Source: a virus (lineage: Duplodnaviria; Caudoviricetes). From it: DNA of 28,859 bases. Below, one piece after another: positions 25,567-28,859 of this stretch. The notes under the pieces are model-generated. The model searched no databases. It had not been told where the DNA came from and saw only the letters and a program-made list of their open reading frames with translations. How positions within the stretch are numbered: position 1 is the first letter of the stretch; each line of letters begins with the position of its first letter. Location of the stretch: IMG/VR virus record IMGVR_UViG_3300011339_000040, positions 1 through 28,859 of that record. One strand, 5' to 3'. Position numbers and translations under genes: made by a program.

Positions 25567-26052
25567 TTATGGTACGACAGGCCACTCAATTGTCCAAGGA
25601 AAACCAGCCTGCGCTGTGATGTCACGCAATGCTTGACGATATGTTGCCCATGCCGCCTTATCAGCAGTGCTATCAGCAATCTGAGTCCAGTCGCTGTCTT
25701 TGAGCTTTTGGTTACGCTGTTCACGAACAGACTTGGCTTGTTCTGCGTCTTTCATTGCCTGATACGCGGCTTCGTTCTCAGCCGCAGTTTTGGCAGGAGT
25801 TGTGTCTGTTGCAGGGGTGTCTGTGAATACAGGGCCTAATTTGTAGAAGGTGTACCACTTGCCGTCGATGTTGGTCACGCCGTCTCGCATAGAGAACTGA
25901 TAGCGAGTTCCTCCTGTAGCTTGGGGGCCTTCAAAAACTGGATCAGCGCCGTGTTGATTTAACACTTCGGCTGTGATTGGCAGTGAACAGACAACTCGGT
26001 TGAATTCCTGTGAGGTCATTACTTGACCAGTGTTACGCATACGAATTTCCAT
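25567..26052 (-). CDS. Tail fibre assembly chaperone
   Basis: C-terminal VREQRNQKLKDSDWTQ...WATYRQALRDIT...FP...WP signature; RBS AAGGAG. Confidence 0.85.
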   Translation of the reverse strand: MEIRMRNTGQVMTSQEFNRVVCSLPITAEVLNQHGADPVFEGPQATGGTRYQFSMRDGVTNIDGKWYTFYKLGPVFTDTPATDTTPAKTAAENEAAYQAMKDAEQAKSVREQRNQKLKDSDWTQIADSTADKAAWATYRQALRDITAQAGFPWTIEWPVVP

Positions 26053-26064
26053 GATTTGCTCCTT

Positions 26065-28098
26065 TTAAGCGATTGCAAGAAAGATATAAGTGTCGCCAGT
26101 ATTATTTATTGCTTCTGAAGGAGCCCCAAGAATCTGAAAGCCTGTAGCAATCGTATAAACACTATTGGCATTTGTTTCTGCGGATGTATTGTTTAACATT
26201 AATGATGGGTCAGTGCCACTTACCATGCCCCTTGCGGTATCCCAAACAAACCAATTCCCAGTTGTATTGGTTCGCTTGATTAGCACAAATCTTGCCCCAC
26301 CAGTAAAGCCGCAGTTGATTGTCTGTAGAGTATCCGTGCCCGTGTATGAGCCTACTTTGGAAACGCCTGCAAGTGTGGCAAACAAATAAGCAACTTGTGT
26401 ATTTCCAGAACCATTTACATCCCCTGCTGTTCCTAATGAAAAAACAGAACTTGTTGGTGTTGTGTTATTCCATATAGGATTGGATGTTGTGACCGCATAA
26501 TTTCTGTTTAGTTGTAAATATGCTTGATTTCCCAATGATGCGGCATAAACTATCCAATCATTACCAGCAGGTGTTCTACTTTTAATAATCATCAACTCAG
26601 GCACTGCCGCTAAGTTGTGGGTCACAGTCCTTGCTACACCCGTCCCCGTATAGCAAACCACATCAAAGAAGCTAGGGGCTCGACGGAACATCCATTGTCC
26701 GTAATTAGCCGCAAAATTTAAAGCGGCAATATTGCTATCAAATGGCGCAGTAGTTGTTGCCTCTGCCGCTGTTGTGTTGGTAACCAAATACTTAGTTCCA
26801 GTTAATCTTGCTAAAGCATATTTACTCTCCACAGATGCTTTGGCGGTTTGGATAATAAAATCAGTTACAAAGTCAGACCTATATAAAGCGGATGTGGAAG
26901 TAGAGCCGCTTGCACTTGCCGCAACTGTGTTAGTTACATATGGCGCAAACACACTCGTCCCAGTCGTAGGCACAGCCATCGGTCCACGGCGTATGGCTAC
27001 ATAGATGTAAGTTTGATTTGCGTTTGTTATATTTGAATCTGTTGTAAATCCAGTGGAGGTCGGTTTGACTGCGCCTGCACCAAGGTCTTGCTCGGCATTA
27101 GATAAATTTGGTCTTAACGAAAAGTTTGTGGTTTGTGACATACCACGCATAATGTCAGATATACGCCAATCTCCAACACCATCAGAACGCTTAGTCATAA
27201 CCCATTGAGGCTCATACCCAAGAGTAACTGTTGAGTTTCCAGAGCTATCAGCCGTTAAAGACCCACAGCTAATCACATTGTCCGTACCAGTCAGGCCAAA
27301 GCCCCCTGCGTCATGGGCAAACAAATAAGCGATATAGGTTGCGCCGTTGATATTTGCATTGCTTGGAGTCACGCCATAGTTACTGCTAAGTGTGACTTCA
27401 TTTGGGTCAAATGTTGTGGAAGTAGCCGCCGCACCATTTTGAGTATTAAATCCATTAGTACTGTTTAGCGCAAATGGTGATGCATCAGTCCCAATGCGAA
27501 AAGTTGTGCCAGTCCAAGCCGCAACAAACCAATTTCCTGTGCTGTCTGTACGCTTGAGAACAACAAAACCTGGTTTACTTCCAAGAGCATGACTGATGTT
27601 TCTAGACGCTGCTCCATTCCCCGTATACGTCACAATATCAAAAAACTTAGGCTGCTTGCGAAATGTCCATGAGGCATAGGTATTTCCTGATCCATTGGAG
27701 CCGCTTTGTGTTCCAAGAGTAAAACCCGTTGTGTTAAGCGCGGTAACTGCGGTTCCAGAACTTGCAGCATCGGTATTGTCGCTACTTAAGTACGAGGTAA
27801 TGGTTCTAGCAGAGTCTTGCAAAAAATGACTTCTGGCGTTATTTCTCTCTTTTAACCAAACCAACCCACCCTTTGTAGACAAGTCAATGTTGTTTGTAAT
27901 TGTTTGTGCTGCGCCTGTACCCGTATAAAGCCAAGTCGAGAACACATCCTCAATGTAGTTAAACGGGCCACCAAAGGGCCAGATGCCAGCTTGTTGTGCT
28001 TGTTGCTGTTGGTCAAGCGTCCAGATACCCGATGCCGACGACGGTGTAGGCGCTACGTACGTTTTGGTAATGATCCCGCCGGGGTACTTGGTGCTCAT
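26065..28098 (-). CDS. Tail-fibre/adhesin-like beta-repeat protein, paralogue 1
   Basis: 677 aa; internal repeats F-D-x-V-x-Y-T-G-x-G...H-x-L...P...K-R...W (I associate these with DUF7483; unverified); N-terminal GIWTLDQ...WP motif; RBS AAGGA. Confidence 0.75.
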   Translation of the reverse strand: MSTKYPGGIITKTYVAPTPSSASGIWTLDQQQQAQQAGIWPFGGPFNYIEDVFSTWLYTGTGAAQTITNNIDLSTKGGLVWLKERNNARSHFLQDSARTITSYLSSDNTDAASSGTAVTALNTTGFTLGTQSGSNGSGNTYASWTFRKQPKFFDIVTYTGNGAASRNISHALGSKPGFVVLKRTDSTGNWFVAAWTGTTFRIGTDASPFALNSTNGFNTQNGAAATSTTFDPNEVTLSSNYGVTPSNANINGATYIAYLFAHDAGGFGLTGTDNVISCGSLTADSSGNSTVTLGYEPQWVMTKRSDGVGDWRISDIMRGMSQTTNFSLRPNLSNAEQDLGAGAVKPTSTGFTTDSNITNANQTYIYVAIRRGPMAVPTTGTSVFAPYVTNTVAASASGSTSTSALYRSDFVTDFIIQTAKASVESKYALARLTGTKYLVTNTTAAEATTTAPFDSNIAALNFAANYGQWMFRRAPSFFDVVCYTGTGVARTVTHNLAAVPELMIIKSRTPAGNDWIVYAASLGNQAYLQLNRNYAVTTSNPIWNNTTPTSSVFSLGTAGDVNGSGNTQVAYLFATLAGVSKVGSYTGTDTLQTINCGFTGGARFVLIKRTNTTGNWFVWDTARGMVSGTDPSLMLNNTSAETNANSVYTIATGFQILGAPSEAINNTGDTYIFLAIA
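26645..26682. repeat. 38-nt direct repeat shared with 28703-28740 (2 mismatches)
   Basis: cccgtatagcaaaccacatc[aaa/cat]gaagctaggggctcg, read directly in both paralogues. Confidence 0.9.
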
Positions 28099-28107
28099 AT
28101 GTTTTCC

Positions 28108-28857
28108 TTATGCGATCGCCAAGAAGATGTATGTGCCACCAGATGCGTTTAAACCTGCGGGGGCTGCGGCTGTGACCTTGAAGCCTGTGCTGTCGGTATC
28201 AACATAGTTTGTATTTGTGACTTCAGCGGCTGAACTATTCAAGAATAAGTACGGGTCATTTCCTGATGTGATGCCACGGGCAGAATCGTAAACGTACCAA
28301 TCACCAGTTGAGTCGGTGCGCTTAATAAGAACAAATCTTGCGCCAGCAGTAAAGCCGCAATCAATTTGTTTTGTAGTGCCTGTGCCTGTGTATGAGCCTA
28401 CTTTGGAAACACCAGCGCAAGTTGCAAAGAGGTAGGCAACGTAAGTTGACCCAGAGAAATTTACTGAAGTATCTGTACCCACAGAAAAAACACTTGCGGT
28501 TGGTCGAGCATTATTAAACAGTGCGTTGTTGAGTTGAAAATCTATGGAGTCGTTTAACCGCCCTACTGTATACCCAGCACCGGGAACAAAAACAGGCGCT
28601 GCGTATGTAGGCCAATTTTCCGCTGACCTGCTTCTACTTTTCACAATCATCAACTCAGGCACAGCACCCAAGTTATGGCTAAACGTGGTTGCAGAACCAG
28701 TACCCGTATAGCAAACCACATCCATGAAGCTAGGGGCTCGTTTAAAAAACCAATTAATATAAGTATATGGACTGTAGTTGATTCTTCCGTTTGTGGCATC
28801 TGCTCCAAGGCTAACTCCATCCATCGACGCAAAAGACGTAAGCCCATCTGTTATCGT
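28108..28857 (-). CDS. Tail-fibre/adhesin-like beta-repeat protein, paralogue 2 (5'-truncated)
   Basis: Frame is open to the window edge; the C-terminal ~210 aa align with paralogue 1 (RAPSFxDVVCYTGTG, GVSKVGSYTGT, ARFVLIKRT, TYIFLAIA). Confidence 0.8.
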   Translation of the reverse strand, partial: TITDGLTSFASMDGVSLGADATNGRINYSPYTYINWFFKRAPSFMDVVCYTGTGSATTFSHNLGAVPELMIVKSRSRSAENWPTYAAPVFVPGAGYTVGRLNDSIDFQLNNALFNNARPTASVFSVGTDTSVNFSGSTYVAYLFATCAGVSKVGSYTGTGTTKQIDCGFTAGARFVLIKRTDSTGDWYVYDSARGITSGNDPYLFLNSSAAEVTNTNYVDTDSTGFKVTAAAPAGLNASGGTYIFLAIA

Positions 28858-28859
28858 GT

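Noticed and set aside
26065-28859. Diversity-generating retroelement TR/VR pair
   Set aside because: Both copies are coding paralogues, differences are not adenine-specific and include indels, and there is no reverse transcriptase in the window.
1-28859. tRNA, integrase, transposase, intron/intein or alternative genetic code
   Set aside because: No cloverleaf, recombinase or splicing motifs were seen, and genes tile densely under the standard code with all three stop codons in use.

Overview
A 28.9 kb fragment of a tailed dsDNA phage genome with podovirus-like organisation. The gene set recalls uncultured freshwater phages, and a Gram-negative host is inferred, not shown. There are two convergent blocks. 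The + strand (1-7033) is a replication module: HNH nuclease, SNF2-family helicase, a consensus sigma70 promoter, a coiled-coil protein, a Cys-rich SSB-like protein, a Cro-like HTH protein and an AEP primase/DUF927-type helicase fusion. The - strand (28859 to 7106) carries virion and lysis genes: two paralogous tail-fibre-like repeat proteins, a fibre chaperone, a 20-aa-repeat acidic protein, an S74-chaperone tail fibre, a four-gene lysis region, a tail hub, a GNAT-like protein and three probable ejection proteins, the last a 2287-aa polyvalent protein with HExxH and PLxRFG motifs. The most interesting unexplained signals are (i) a candidate ~60-nt anti-Shine-Dalgarno small RNA at the convergence point that is complementary to ribosome-binding sites of the phage's own genes, (ii) short-motif patterns in the ejection proteins (paired xAxGG motifs, NPFAQF repeats next to a small C-terminal domain, tape-measure-like modules), and (iii) an atypical lysis cassette with no visible o-spanin. 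All family names come from motif recognition by eye; no searches were run.
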